Shown here piece after piece: positions 1 through 13,429 of a stretch of 64,000 bases of DNA. Below the pieces are notes generated by a model that was not told the origin of the DNA, ran no database searches, and saw only the letters and a list, made by a program, of their open reading frames with translations. Numbering within the stretch: the first letter of the stretch is position 1; every line of letters begins with the position of its first letter. The position numbers were made by a program, and so were the translations under genes. This DNA is from Rhynchobatus australiae (taxonomy: Eukaryota): the NCBI GenBank assembly GCA_034780895.1, contig JAUZTB010000057.1, positions 23,062,522 through 23,126,521 on the forward strand. The letters run 5' to 3'.

Positions 1-643
1 TGAATTTCACTCCCAAAATCTTCCCCATGCGTTAATAATAGCAGGAAAGATCACAGGTTCACATTCATCTAGGATGACATTGTTAATCTCAGTGGAGGTT
101 TGACAAAAACTGTGTAGGCATCTTTTTGCTGATTTCTAAGTAGCACTGGAATTTGTGTAAGGGAGGAGGTGCCTTGTAGAGCAAAGACACCAGTGCAGGT
201 CTCCTGGCTTGAATGACCTGGTACTGTGGTGTATGTTGTCTAATGTTTTCTGTGGAAGCATAATATTAGGCTTGACTCTGGTGTCAAGCTATAGTGAAAT
301 GGCCTGACTCTGAGACAAAATGGGTCCCTTGCTGAGGTGGAAGATGACATTTAGGGGATTTAAGAGGGAAGAGTTTTGCAACAAAATCTAATGTGGGTAT
401 GGATGAGCAAAATAGAAGTTTTGTGGTTTTTATTTTATTTCATCAAGGTTTTATAACCTTGAGCAATTGTTCATACAATTTCACATTGTGACTCAATTAC
501 ATTAATAACATCTGGGCAATGTTTTCAGGAATACCCACTTACAACTTTGTGCCAATAGCTCATTGAACTGCCCCACATCTCGGTCATAATATTGTGTGTG
601 TGTTGTACATATAATTCAGACACATGCTTTCAACCTTTGACAG

Positions 644-1043
644 CACATCGCCATCAACCGGTGAAAATTCCGTCCAAGACATCCCTGAGCAACAGTCCTC
701 TCGCCTCCAGAGCTCCAAGTCCTGGACCGCATCGCTTCTCCGAAGGCCCAAATACTTCAAGGCTGCCTGATAATACTAGACACGTGGACAAACGAACAAC
801 CTCTGCGGCAGAGTTGTCAGTCATGAAACAAAATGGATTGTCTGCCACAACACGGGACAGACCATTTAGCCCAACGAACAGTGGAAGCAAGAATGAGACA
901 GCAAAGTACCAGGGTACACTTGCCAACCCAGCTAGTGCAGCCGAGTTGATGAATAAACGCTCCCAACAATCACCGGACTTGGGAAGGACTACCTCACCTC
1001 GATCATACGACTGGGCAGAACCAAGGCTTTCTGGTCCTGGAAG
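644..1043 (+). CDS. GAS2L1: GAS2-like protein 1, penultimate coding exon (Ser/Pro/Arg-rich linker after the GAR domain); upstream exons lie outside the window
   Basis: Acceptor ctttgacAG at 642-643, open frame beginning (A)HRHQP.., donor GGAAG|GTAACT at 1043/1044. The phase-2 end matches the phase-2 start of the exon at 13430. 'AHR..QP' resembles the start of the post-GAR segment of human GAS2L1 as I recall it. Confidence 0.78.
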
Positions 1044-3089
1044 GTAACTCTCCTTAGTATTTTTGAATCATTTAATCAGGAAGTATGATTTTTGATTTAG
1101 CATTGTTGCTGCTGAACTTCAAATTTTCAGCCTTTTAGGTTTCAACAGTTTTGCTTTGATAACTTAGTTCTGTGTTGCTTCCTTCAATTTCTCCCTTGTA
1201 GAAACTGAACTGGTGTCTTAACATGTGACTGAATTTGGCCTCTGCCAATAAATATCTTAGTTTCCATTCACTCATTGGAGAATGCTGTTAGAAATGTATT
1301 ACAAGGATTCTTAAGTCTTTGGAAACACCACATGAATCCTTGCCCATTGTGAATGTTTTGGCTGTTCAGATAACTGCTTATTGAATTCTCCTTTCACAAT
1401 TTGAGTGATTAAATGTAATTTGTTCTAAAATTAGCTTTTTGAAGTTCCACAGTGTAGTTCTACCTCTTATATATGTGTATGTTATTTAAAAAAGAATCAT
1501 TATCTGAAACTTGTATAATCTATTATTAATACAGTGACCTACAATGGCTTTTGGTCAGATAATGCCCTAGTTTGAAAGTTCTAGTAATTTTTCCAAGTTC
1601 TTAGTAGTTCTTGTCTCCTGCTATTTATAGCTTCCTAGGGCCTTCTGATTTCTGCACTCCACATCAGGTTACAGATTGCAAATATGTAAGTCGAGGAATG
1701 GGATTGTTTTGGGAGCTGGCATACACTTTATGGGCTGAGTGGCCTCCTGTGTCACTATACATATGACATTTCTGGGCATTCATAAAATCAGGACATTCCT
1801 GATTTTATTTCCCCTCACTCCACCTGCAGCCTTCAGCTGTCAAAACGTGAAGCTATTTAATTCCCTCCCTAAACCTTTATCTCCTGTCTATCTCGTCCAT
1901 TTCATACATTAAAATCTATCCCTTTGACCAAATACCTTCTGTATGTCTTGGTCAGACATTATTTGTTAAGGCACTCCTAAGCTATTTTGGCTATTTTAGT
2001 ATGTCAGTGGTACAATATGTTTACAGATTTTTAGGAGCTTGTGGTCAGTGGGTTAATTCAGGAAATGTATCTGGTGGTTTTTTGTTTTAGGATTGTCAAT
2101 GTCTAATACAAAAGCATATGATTTCAGGTTATGTAACCACATTTTGGGTCAACTTCCATTTCACTGTGCTGTGTTGTGACACTTTACTGCAGTAATGTTA
2201 TGTCTGGCATTTATGATTGCATAGGGGAAAATGTGCCCATTATAAACTCTATTCTATATTCAGAAGCTTCTCATCACATTAAATCTCCCTGGGACCAACT
2301 AACCTCCAATTTATTTTGACTGCATTTTTTACAGATTAACTTGTCTCCTAACTAAGTCTTGCAAACTCTCTCTATTAGAGATGCTGTGCTGAACTACCTG
2401 TTCAACAGTGCACAGGTTCTTTTAGATTTCCCATTTGGATTCCTCATGACTGCTGGTTAGCTGAAGGAACTTTTTGGACTTTTTTTGGACAGCTTTGACA
2501 GATCTGTTGGTTGATGAGGTTAATGAAGATGTCAATCTGGAAACAAAAACATAACCTAAAAATGGTGATGTGTTGACAGCTCTTTTGAGAATGTTCATTA
2601 TAGATTTTAATCCATGTATTGCATAATAAATATTTTCTTTGGGTAAAATACTAGCACATTGTGGGTGAAACACTGAAGAACAGATTCTGTTTTTTTTAAA
2701 CTTGGTAGGGAAGTTCTGTGGTTTCATTATTTTGTTTAATATGCTGGCTGTCTGTGTAAAGCCAGATGTCGTTTGGATCACGTAAAGAGAGTTGCTTTGT
2801 GGTGGTGTTCAAATTGAGGTATTGTGACATATTTGATCAGCCCTAAGTGGATGAAAGGTATTAATCTTGGACTAGTTGTAAAGTTGAGGTGATCTTCCGA
2901 TCTAATTTTCTCTCATCCTCTCCAGACACTGACCATTTTTATTTTGACTAGTTACATAGAATCAGCTGCCTCTGAACAAGATAATGATTTTCAGAAATCA
3001 TTTAAGTCGGGCATAAAATGCCTTAATTGTCCAAAAACGTGCGATTTCCCCATGCCCAGCACCTGATGGGGTCATAAATGGCATTCTTT

Positions 3090-3452
3090 CATCTGGATCA
3101 AAAGGCTGTGGCTTGATGTCCAAATCGAAAGTACCAAAATCTAGGCAGTCACTTCAGTGCCGGACTTGGGGTGTGCTCCACCACCGGAGGTGCTGTCTTT
3201 CAGAAAGACACATAGCTGCCACCTCCTCTGCCAGATGAGTGTCACTGGGTCTTTCATATCCAACTATTTCAAAGCAGAGCTGTCCTTGTAATATTTATCC
3301 CTCAATGATACCGATACTCATTTCCTGCTATTTCTAGGAGCCTGTTGTATGCAAATTGGTTGCTGCATTTTCATGCAACAGATCAGAAATAATTAATTGG
3401 CAGTAAAGCCATTTGATGCCTCCTTAAATCCTGAAAGACACTAAATATAAAT
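3090..3452 (+). mobile_element. Degenerate Deu-domain SINE (SacSINE1/AmnSINE1-like)
   Basis: Segments cggaggtgctgtctttcaga, aatatttatccctcaa, tgcaaattggttgctgc and attggcagtaaagc occur in the order of the DeuSINE consensus as I recall it. Confidence 0.6.
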
Positions 3453-4886
3453 NNNNNNNNNNNNNNNNNNNNNNNNNNNNNNNNNNNNNNNNNNNNNNNN
3501 NNNNNNNNNNNNNNNNNNNNNNNNNNNNNNNNNNNNNNNNNNNNNNNNNNNNNNNNNNNNNNNNNNNNNNNNNNNNNNNNNNNNNNNNNNNNNNNNNNNN
3601 NNNNNNNNNNNNNNNNNNNNNNNNNNNNNNNNNNNNNNNNNNNNNNNNNNNNNNNNNNNNNNNNNNNNNNNNNNNNNNNNNNNNNNNNNNNNNNNNNNNN
3701 NNNNNNNNNNNNNNNNNNNNNNNNNNNNNNNNNNNNNNNNNNNNNNNNNNNNNNNNNNNNNNNNNNNNNNNNNNNNNNNNNNNNNNNNNNNNNNNNNNNN
3801 NNNNNNNNNNNNNNNNNNNNNNNNNNNNNNNNNNNNNNNNNNNNNNNNNNNNNNNNNNNNNNNNNNNNNNNNNNNNNNNNNNNNNNNNNNNNNNNNNNNN
3901 NNNNNNNNNNNNNNNNNNNNNNNNNNNNNNNNNNNNNNNNNNNNNNNNNNNNNNNNNNNNNNNNNNNNNNNNNNNNNNNNNNNNNNNNNNNNNNNNNNNN
4001 NNNNNNNNNNNNNNNNNNNNNNNNNNNNNNNNNNNNNNNNNNNNNNNNNNNNNNNNNNNNNNNNNNNNNNNNNNNNNNNNNNNNNNNNNNNNNNNNNNNN
4101 NNNNNNNNNNNNNNNNNNNNNNNNNNNNNNNNNNNNNNNNNNNNNNNNNNNNNNNNNNNNNNNNNNNNNNNNNNNNNNNNNNNNNNNNNNNNNNNNNNNN
4201 NNNNNNNNNNNNNNNNNNNNNNNNNNNNNNNNNNNNNNNNNNNNNNNNNNNNNNNNNNNNNNNNNNNNNNNNNNNNNNNNNNNNNNNNNNNNNNNNNNNN
4301 NNNNNNNNNNNNNNNNNNNNNNNNNNNNNNNNNNNNNNNNNNNNNNNNNNNNNNNNNNNNNNNNNNNNNNNNNNNNNCATATTGTACATCTCATCTTTAT
4401 TTAGTATTCTATAAAATGTGTACAAAATCAATTAATAATTCTTTGTCTTGAATGCTTTAATGTGATTGGCTGTTTGACCCGCTTGATGATGGTACAACTG
4501 TTGCTGGTTGTTAAGAATCCACTATGAGCTGATGTCCAAAAGCCATTGAGGAAATGTTTTAATCCATACCACAGAGGTCACAGGTCTGGTGGGCAACTTT
4601 CCTCTGTCAGCAGTGAGTGCTGCTGGTCACAATATCAGGATCCAGGTCTTTACACTTTGGTTCAATAAACGTGCATAACCCCATTTTAAAATTGGCAAGT
4701 ATGTTCCAGACAAGGTGTGCTTAATATCTTGAAACAGTGCCATCAACCTTGTCTCTCTTGCTAGAGAAACAAGACGCTGATTTCCTCAACTTTCACACTC
4801 TTCTCCCTTCTCTGAACCATGTTGGTGTCCTGGNNNNNNNNNNNNNNNNNNNNNNNNNNNNNNNNNNNNNNNNNNNNNNNNNNNNN

Positions 4887-5290
4887 GAGAGGATGTTTCC
4901 TCATGGGAGAGTCTAAAACTTGGGATCAATCTTTTTAAAAAATAAGAGGTTACCCACTTAAGATGGAGATGAGGCAAAGTTCTTATCTCAGACAGTCATG
5001 AATCCTTGGAACCCTGCAGAAATGCATGTGATGCACGAGGAGCTGAAACAACAATGTGTAGCTTATTCAAGAACTCTTCACAGATTGCCTCTGGAGTTTC
5101 CTATAAATATTACTGCAAGTAGAGAGCAGTTAGTTGCATGACACAAGGACAGTGGAAATAGTGAAGGGTTACAACGGATAAGGAGGAAAGTGGAGATGAG
5201 GTTGCAATTAGATCAGCCATGATCTTATTGAAGGTTAGAGCAGGCTTGAGGGGCCAGGCACCTTGCGCCTAATTCAAAGTCATTTATATG
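4887..5290 (+). mobile_element. CR1 LINE 3' fragment
   Basis: gatgtttcctcatgggagagtctaaaact..ttaagatggagatgagg..agatcagccatgatcttattga..gcttgaggggcc, typical of the CR1 ORF2 C-terminus and 3'UTR. Confidence 0.6.
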
Positions 5291-6009
5291 TAGTTGTGAG
5301 CCTTAATTGAGGAACTGAAGTGACAAGTTAAGAACAAAAAGTGAACTGAGATGGTGATGCTTGCATTATGGCATTGATAATGGCCATTGTTTGCTTGTGA
5401 ATTACATATTGTTCAAAAATGTTAAAACACTCTACATATAGCTGAAGCATTGGAAAGCTCAGTAGAAATGGAGGCTTTTGCTTACTAGTCCATATTTATT
5501 TGATGGAGAGTAAAATCTGGCACAATCCAAAATCCTATTTCCACCAGAACCCAGCACAATCTGAACAGGTGGGTAATGTTAAAATTGTAGCTGTCTCTGC
5601 CCTTTAAGTCTTGATCAATTTTCAGTCCTCATTTTGGGTTCCTGACTCTTGTTTTCCTGTTTGCAACAGTTTTCTTCTTTATCCCAACAGGAACACATTA
5701 AAAAAATCTGTGACAGTCAGCCATGTGTACCACATTGTAGGGATTGGAGCAATGTAATCATAATACAATGTCCAGAAAATTACAAAAGTTAATCTACATG
5801 ATAAGTGTATCCACATTAACAATGCTAGCTTGAGGGATGGTGATCAACTATTAAAGGATTATGTCCAAGATTTCTCAAAAATGGAACATTATCTTGTATT
5901 AACCAGACAGAATGGAAAGTACTTTGATCTTCTATTCAAATCATTCTTTGAACTCTGAAAGAAGATAAGTTAAATCATTATTTATTTAAACAGAACTATG
6001 CCATAATAC

Positions 6010-7610
6010 TGATGATGAGGACTTGGTGATGGTAAGGCCTCTAAATGTCAAGGGTGGGTGATGAGATTCTCTTTTGGAGGTTGTCATTTTTGTGATGCAA
6101 ATGTTACTTGTCACTGACCAGCCTATGCCTGAATGGTGTTTAGCTCTTGATCCGTACAGGCATGGGCTATTTCATTTGTTGAGGAGTTGTGAAAGGAATT
6201 GAACATTGTGCCATGTCAGCAAATGTCCCCACTTCTCAAATTTATAATCAAAGGAAGGTTCTTGTGAAGTAAATTAAGATTGGAGCCTAGAACACAGCCC
6301 CAAGAAACCCCTTCAGTGATGCCCATTGGGATGAGGTGATTGACCTCCAATAACCAAGACCATCTTCCATAGCGTGAGGTATGATCAGTTATTAGTGTTT
6401 TTTCCATTGTGCCTATTGAATTGTTTTATCAGGGCACCTTAATGCCAGATTCAGTCAAATGCTGCCTTGATGTCAAGGCAATTGCTCTTGCCTCTTCTAG
6501 AATTTGGCTGTTTGGTCCATGTTTGACCAAGGATGTGACGTGGTTGGGAGCAGTGTAGTATGAGCAAAACTCATGCTGGGCATGGGTGAGCTATAGTATT
6601 GGTGAGTGACAGGCACATGAAGCAGTTGCAACAATGCTAAATTTGTCTTGATTGAGAATAGACTAATTTAAGCAGTAATTAATTGTTCTGATTTTTGTGA
6701 TGACAATGTACCTGAGCTATTTTTCCCCATTGTCAGGTAGACACTTGCAACAGTACTGGAACAAGTTGGCTGGAGGTGCAGCTAGTTCTTGAGCTGAGAT
6801 GTTGTCTGGTCCTGCAGCCTTTGCTGTCTCCAGTGGTCTTGGCTATTTCTTGGAGAGGTTGGAATTGGCTGAAAACTGGTTCCTGTGACATTTTGAGAGA
6901 TGGGAAGAAGTGGAGATGGATTATTTATTCTGCACCTCTGGCTGAATGTTTGCAAATGCTTCAGCCTTTAGCACTAGCATGCTAGACCACACCTTTTATT
7001 GAGGAGCTGCCTTCTCCCATTAGCTGTTTAATTGTCCACCAGCAATCGTGACTAAGTGTGATAGGACTGCAGAGCTTTGTGTTGAATGTGAGTCCACGGT
7101 CCTGCCTACTACATGCTGTTTTGTTTGGCATGCAAGTAATCCTGTGTGGCAACTTCCGTCATATTTAGGTGTCTGATGCTACTTTTGGCAATCCTTTCTG
7201 CACTCATTGATTTGGAGTTGATCCACTGGCTAATTGTAGGGTCCAGAAATTATTGAGCCTCATTACAGATTTGGTGAGGTACAGTTCTCTTGCTGTTGTT
7301 GGGCCAGGTTGAGGTGCCAGGTCTGTTCTGAGACTTTCATTTAGTATGATGCAGTGCCACACAGCATGATGTAGGGTGAGCTTGTTGTGAGGGTGGGGCC
7401 TTTCCTCCCAAGAACAGTTCAATGATCACTTCTGCTACCATGGAAAGGTACATCTGCTATCGGCTAATTAAGGATGAGATTGAGTAGATTTGTCCCTCGT
7501 GTTGGTTCATTTGTTACCTGTTGCAGATCCAGTCCGGTAGTCAGTGTTCTTCAGGGCATGGCACGTAAGAGTGCTCCTGAGCCGCTCTTAGTGAGCAAGC
7601 AACTTGATTG
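6010..7610 (-). mobile_element. Degenerate non-LTR retrotransposon (APE + RT remnants, CR1/L2-related clade)
   Basis: Minus strand encodes IALDIKAAFD (about 6454-6484) and a FAD-type RT motif (about 6215-6230), with many stops and frameshifts. Similar to 47890-49760 and 59272-59830. Confidence 0.65.
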
Positions 7611-10600
7611 TACCAGTAAATGTACATTTAAACAGATTCTATATACTGGATTTAGTTCCAGTATCTATTAAGCACTTGTTTGCGGGAATCTGAATGCTTT
7701 CTGCAACTATCTAATGGGTTTTAATACTTGATATTCTAATTTCTGGAATTGCAGATATTTATAGTTCACTGACTCGATTGGTTGGGCTTCATTTCCATGG
7801 TATATAACTGACTTGGTTCTGAAATGTAAATGTTTCCTTCACGGGCGAGTTTTGACTCAATTGCATATGTTTGCGTGTGAGTAGCTTTGACTGGATAATT
7901 AAGTGTGATTAGGGAGAGAATCTGCTGAAGGTCAGGTATCTGGAAATTAACAAACCCTAACCTGTTTTTGGTGTCATTGAATAAATATCTACTGCTTGTT
8001 CACACAGATTCTAAGGAGGGGCAATTTATTCTAACTTGATAAGTACTGGAAGAATTAAGTATTGGAAAGCAATTTCTGTAATCAACAAGGACTTGTTTTT
8101 AAGAAGGAGAAATGTCCAAGATATTTCACAGAAGCATAGTCAGGTAAAAACTTAGTGAACATGTGTGAATGAAGGCTTGGTTTGAAGTGGTAGGTCTTTT
8201 GAATGGGAGAAGTAGAGAGTTCAAAAGGAAATTCCTCTACAACCTGATGGTGAGCCAAAGGCACAAGAGACCACAACAAGGAGAAAGGTTAACTTTTCTG
8301 GCCATATGATAAAGCATTCCTTATTTTACTGTATTTTTAATTTTATGATTTAAAACTAGAAAAGGATGATGATTGTGAAATACAGACTCTGATTCATGTT
8401 TAATGAGCTATTCATTCTGATCAAGGGCCAGCCTTTGTGAACCCAACACATTATCTCCCTTAGTTTCTGCATATCCTTATCCTTATGTGAACAATATAAG
8501 GACTTGAAGATAGCAGGAAGTGAGTAATAAGGTTACAATTTAAACAAGGAGTTCAGATGACAAACCACATGAAGGGAGCTATTACACACATCCGAATCCA
8601 TAATTTTATTATTATATGTTTGGTCTTGGCAAAATTGTGTTAATGGCAGTTAAAAGCAGGCCTGGAGTGCACTGATCTCAGAACTACTTTTAATGCAAGA
8701 GATTATTGTGATGTCATTGCTACAATGGCAAGGCTACATGACCCATAGACTGGTAGCAGGAAATGAGTGTGCCTCAGCAAATTGCACCAATTAAGAGAAC
8801 AGTATGTATTAGACTTAAATTCTCCTCCTCAAAATTTCCTGATTTTTTTTAAAATTTCCCCTCTTTATCCCTTCATTAGCAAGTCACGCTGGTTTGCAGC
8901 TGTTTACTTCCTTCACCACTGTGACTGCTACTGTCATCTGAGACTCATCCCACCTGTATTCATGACCCTGTCATTGACCAACTTGCCTCAGCCCATCTTG
9001 CCCTAAATTCAGTTTGATGTGCCTCTGATTGCAAGCTTGGACTGGACACATGGCATTTCTGGCAAATGACGGGCATTGGTGCACTCAGAGACTAATGGGT
9101 TGGTCTTCATGAAAAATTTAAATACAGAAGCATCACAGTCATTGAAGCTGATGGTTTGTAAAGTCAACAATTTTAGTTAATAATTATTTAATGTTATTTA
9201 AGGTACTTTATTTTTAGTAATGCATACTGGTTCAGTCCTGTTCAATGATTTAAATCTTTAAAAAAATTGCAAGAAAATATCAATGAAAATGTACTAATAG
9301 ACAGGCCTAATACTATAAAATAACCAGAATGGGTGAATAAAACTAAAGTATGTTTAACGGTTTACAGTTTTTATTAAGCACAATACTGGTGTTCAGAAAA
9401 AATTATGTATAGAAAAACAATTTGGCATGGAGTCCACAGATTGAACTTGGGCTAGTGTGCTTTAAATACCAGAGCTGATTAGCTCCAGTCTGTCATGGAG
9501 TAATGACATGTAGTCTCCTAAAGCTGAATAGGAAATTATGGAAATNNNNNNNNNNNNNNNNNNNNNNNNNNNNNNNNNNNNNNNNNNNNNNNNNNNNNNN
9601 NNNNNNNNNNNNNNNNNNNNNNNNNNNNNNNNNNNNNNNNNNNNNNNNNNNNNNNNNNNNNNNNNNNNNNNNNNNNNNNNNNNNNNNNNNNNNNNNNNNN
9701 NNNNNNNNNNNNNNNNNNNNNNNNNNNNNNNNNNNNNNNNNNNNNNNNNNNNNNNNNNNNNNNNNNNNNNNNNNNNNNNNNNNNNNNNNNNNNNNNNNNN
9801 NNNNNNNNNNNNNNNNNNNNNNNNNNNNNNNNNNNNNNNNNNNNNNNNNNNNNNNNNNNNNNNNNNNNNNNNNNNNNNNNNNNNNNNNNNNNNNNNNNNN
9901 NNNNNNNNNNNNNNNNNNNNNNNNNNNNNNNNNNNNNNNNNNNNNNNNNNNNNNNNNNNNNNNNNNNNNNNNNNNNNNNNNNNNNNNNNNNNNNNNNNNN
10001 NNNNNNNNNNNNNNNNNNNNNNNNNNNNNNNNNNNNNNNNNNNNNNNNNNNNNNNNNNNNNNNNNNNNNNNNNNNNNNNNNNNNNNNNNNNNNNNNNNNN
10101 NNNNNNNNNNNNNNNNNNNNNNNNNNNNNNNNNNNNNNNNNNNNNNNNNNNNNNNNNNNNNNNNNNNNNNNNNNNNNNNNNNNNNNNNNNNNNNNNNNNN
10201 NNNNNNNNNNNNNNNNNNNNNNNNNNNNNNNNNNNNNNNNNNNNNNNNNNNNNNNNNNNNNNNNNNNNNNNNNNNNNNNNNNNNNNNNNNNNNNNNNNNN
10301 NNNNNNNNNNNNNNNNNNNNNNNNNNNNNNNNNNNNNNNNNNNNNNNNNNNNNNNNNNNNNTCTCCAGACTTTTCTAATTTCCTCTTCCTCTTCAATGTT
10401 GCTTATTGGACAGGAACCAGTATTTTAAGTATTTAGCCAAAGCAAACTCTTTCACATCCAAGGCTAGTTAATGTATTGGCATGCTGTTCCATTCTCTGTG
10501 TATGTGTGTCTGTGTACTTTTATGCAATACTCAGCTTAAAAAATATAAGGAAAGCTTCAATTACACTGAAGATTTTAAATTTTGGTTTATTTTAATGTTA

Positions 10601-11004
10601 CTGGAGAATAGAAAAATTAATGGAATATATTTAAATTCACCAGAAACTAGTTTAGAATTAAATGGATTCATTACAGTACATGAGGTTATACAGCGAGCAC
10701 ATGTACAATCCAGTTAGATCCATTTCCCAGCGGTTTCTCACAGCTCTACAATTTTTCCCTCCAATTCTTTTCTTGAATACATTGGAATTGGCTTCCACCA
10801 CGCATGCAGTGAATTCTGTGACTACTTGTCTCATGAGACAGGTTCTCCTCGTACAACTTTTTTTGGTTCTTTTACCAATCAGTTTAAGTTTGTATTGTCT
10901 GACTCTACACCCTGCATAAATGAAAAATTTCTCCTTATTCACTTTTGTCTAGACTATTTGCAATTTCTCTCAAATTGTTTTTTTTCCTTTTTCCAAGGAG
11001 AAAA

Positions 11005-12350
11005 ACATATGAGCAGGAGCAGGTCATCTAGCTCTGAGTCTGCTCCATTGTTCCCCAAGATCATGGCTGATCTCTTAAACCAGTGCCATTTTTCCAGCAA
11101 TATCTCCATGTCTCCTGATTCCCTTCAATGTCCAGAAAGTATTGATCTGTGCTTTGAATATAATGACTAAGCTATAACAGCCGCCTTGTAGAAAATTCTG
11201 AAGGTTTACTGCCCTGTAAGTGAAGAAATGTCTCCTCATCTCTGTCTTAAATGGTACCTCTTTTTCTGAAACTCTGTCCATGAATCTTCAGCCAAGGGAA
11301 CTGTTTTCCTGCATCTAGATCTTTAAGGATTTTGTGCAGACTGCCCCCAAATTATGGACATCCTTGCCTATNNNNNNNNNNNNNNNNNNNNNNNNNNNNN
11401 NNNNNNNNNNNNNNNNNNNNNNNNNNNNNNNNNNNNNNNNNNNNNNNNNNNNNNNNNNNNNNNNNNNNNNNCAAGCTCCCGTAATATTACTAAACTCAAA
11501 AATCCATTGTATCTGTATACATCTGTTCTTATGAACTGCAGAACTAGTCTGTGCCCCCGGGTAATTGTTCTTTCTTATCAGTCTTGTGTGCTTTAGATGC
11601 CATTCATTACAATATGGTGGTTACCATATTGAATGATTCTTGTGTATTTTCTGACCTGAACAAAAGCAGCTTAGGGATGTATGTAAAAACAGAACCCATT
11701 CATTAACCAGGGACAGCCTGTATGTTGAGATTTCTCATTCTTCTAAAGTCCAGAGAAAACAGTCCCGGTCTTGATCTCTCCTCAAGCAGCAACCTCACCA
11801 ACCCTAGAACCAGTCTGATGAATCTTCACTGTATTCCCTCCATGGCAAGTACTTGAGTAAGGAGATTAGAACTATACACAATATTGCAGGTGCAGACTTA
11901 GCAATCCCGTATACAACAGGAAATAAGACACCCTTACTCCTGTATTCACAGCCTTGAAAAGCTCATCTTCCTTCTACCTATATTAGTTTGGCACAACATA
12001 TTGGCTGAAGGGTCTGTTCCTGTCTTGTGTTCTGTATGTGTACCTGAAGTTCCTCATTCATGGGGCCAGTCTAGTTTACAACAACCTCTAATGCCTCTTA
12101 AATTGTAATGCTCAGAACTGAATGTAATATTACATTTGTAGCCAAGATAGTGTATTATAAAGGTATAATATANNNNNNNNNNNNNNNGATAGTGTATTAT
12201 AAAGGTATAATATAAATTCCCTGTTTTTTTTCCTACTTTATCCCTGTGTACAGCTTAAGACTGTTTTAACTGTTGTCTCAACCTGTCAAGCCACCTTCAA
12301 GTACTTGTTCATATAAATCCTCAGTCTCACATTCCTGAACACCCTTTAAA
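11005..12350 (-). mobile_element. Cluster of nested or adjacent CR1 3' fragments
   Basis: Minus-strand FKTEMRRHFFTYRAVNL (CR1 C-terminal FFxxRVVxxWN-like), with further CR1-like pieces at about 11700-11960 and 12050-12350. Confidence 0.55.
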
Positions 12351-13111
12351 TCCGTAACCATTTTGCTGACCAGCTTTTTCAGTTGAAAGGCCAACTTTTA
12401 CCCACTTGGGGGAGGTTTGGAAGTACAGAGCAAATCCAAATTCAGTTGATGCCTGGACAAATTAATAAAATCTATGGAAATTTACACTCCCCAAATGTTT
12501 TTGTTGGTTTGCATCCAATATCTGTTCTCCTCCCCCCCTTCCAACTTTCCTTTGTCCCTGGTATTTTGCACTGCCCCACTAATGCCAAGGAGTCTAAACC
12601 ATCCTGCTCTTTAATTACATTTAATTAGCCATTCAATCCCCTCTACCTTTTATCTCCCTCTTTAGTACTTAAAGTTCTGAGTACCCTTCTGGGATTTTTT
12701 TTTCTAGCCTCTGTGCCCAAGTAATACCTCCCCCGGCGTGTTTCCCATTGCATGGGAGTCAAGTGCAAATAATTGTTCCTACCATCTCGCCAAGTTGTAG
12801 AACATGTCAGACATCAGACTGATAAATGAACCGAAAGTTTAATAATGTGTAAGGTGTGAACAAGAACAAGTCAAGTTTATAATCATGTGCACAGTACTGA
12901 GGTACAATGGAAAATTTGCTTGCAGCAGCATCACCGGTTCAGACAGCACACAGAACATTAGTCGTACATAAATTATATATGACGGGGGGGGGGGGGGGAG
13001 ACTGAAAATANNNNNNNNNNNNNNNNNNNNNNNNNNNNNNNNNNNNNNNNNNNNNNNNNNNNNNNNNNNNNNNNNNNNNNNNNNNNNNNNNNNNNNNNNN
13101 NNNNNNNNNNN

Positions 13112-13290
13112 ACCCCAAATGCTGGAGTAACTCAGCAGGTCAGCCAGCATCTAGGGAGGGAAATGAACAGTACCGAGACCGTTCATCAGGACTTGTTCAC
13201 TTCCCCCCATAGATGCTGCCCGACCTGCTGAGTTCCTCCAGCACTCTGAGTTGCTCCAGGTTTCCAGTATCTGCAGTCTCTTGTCTCCGC
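13112..13290. mobile_element. Palindromic Penelope-like terminal element within a LINE 3'UTR fragment (12860-13340)
   Basis: Inverted arms tgctggagtaactcagcaggtcag..agcatcta / tagatgctgcccgacctgctgagttcctccagca. The loop contains ttcatcagga (CCTGATGAA on -). Confidence 0.6.
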
Positions 13291-13429
13291 TAAGGTTGTA
13301 CAGGTCGGTTCAAGAACCTGATGGTTGTAGGAAAGTAGTTCAGCCTTGCTCAGTCAAGTCGATCATGTTGTAAATCAGGTTTTATTCTGCGGTGGATTGA
13401 ATGCTGTCTTGTTTTTCTGTGCACCTCAG

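Noticed and set aside
592-643. ORF starts at 592 and 13401 as true gene starts
   Set aside because: These N-terminal residues are intronic pyrimidine tract before good AG acceptors with matching phase.
3424-4431. Long ORFs made mostly of X (also 9503-10428, 20189-20818, 23653-24772, 49754-50258, 51997-52723 and others)
   Set aside because: They are artefacts of N runs and carry no sequence information.
12147-12213. Duplicated gatagtgtattataaaggtataata on either side of 15 Ns (similar case at 46230-46295)
   Set aside because: Likely unmerged contig overlap or haplotype artefact at a scaffold gap.
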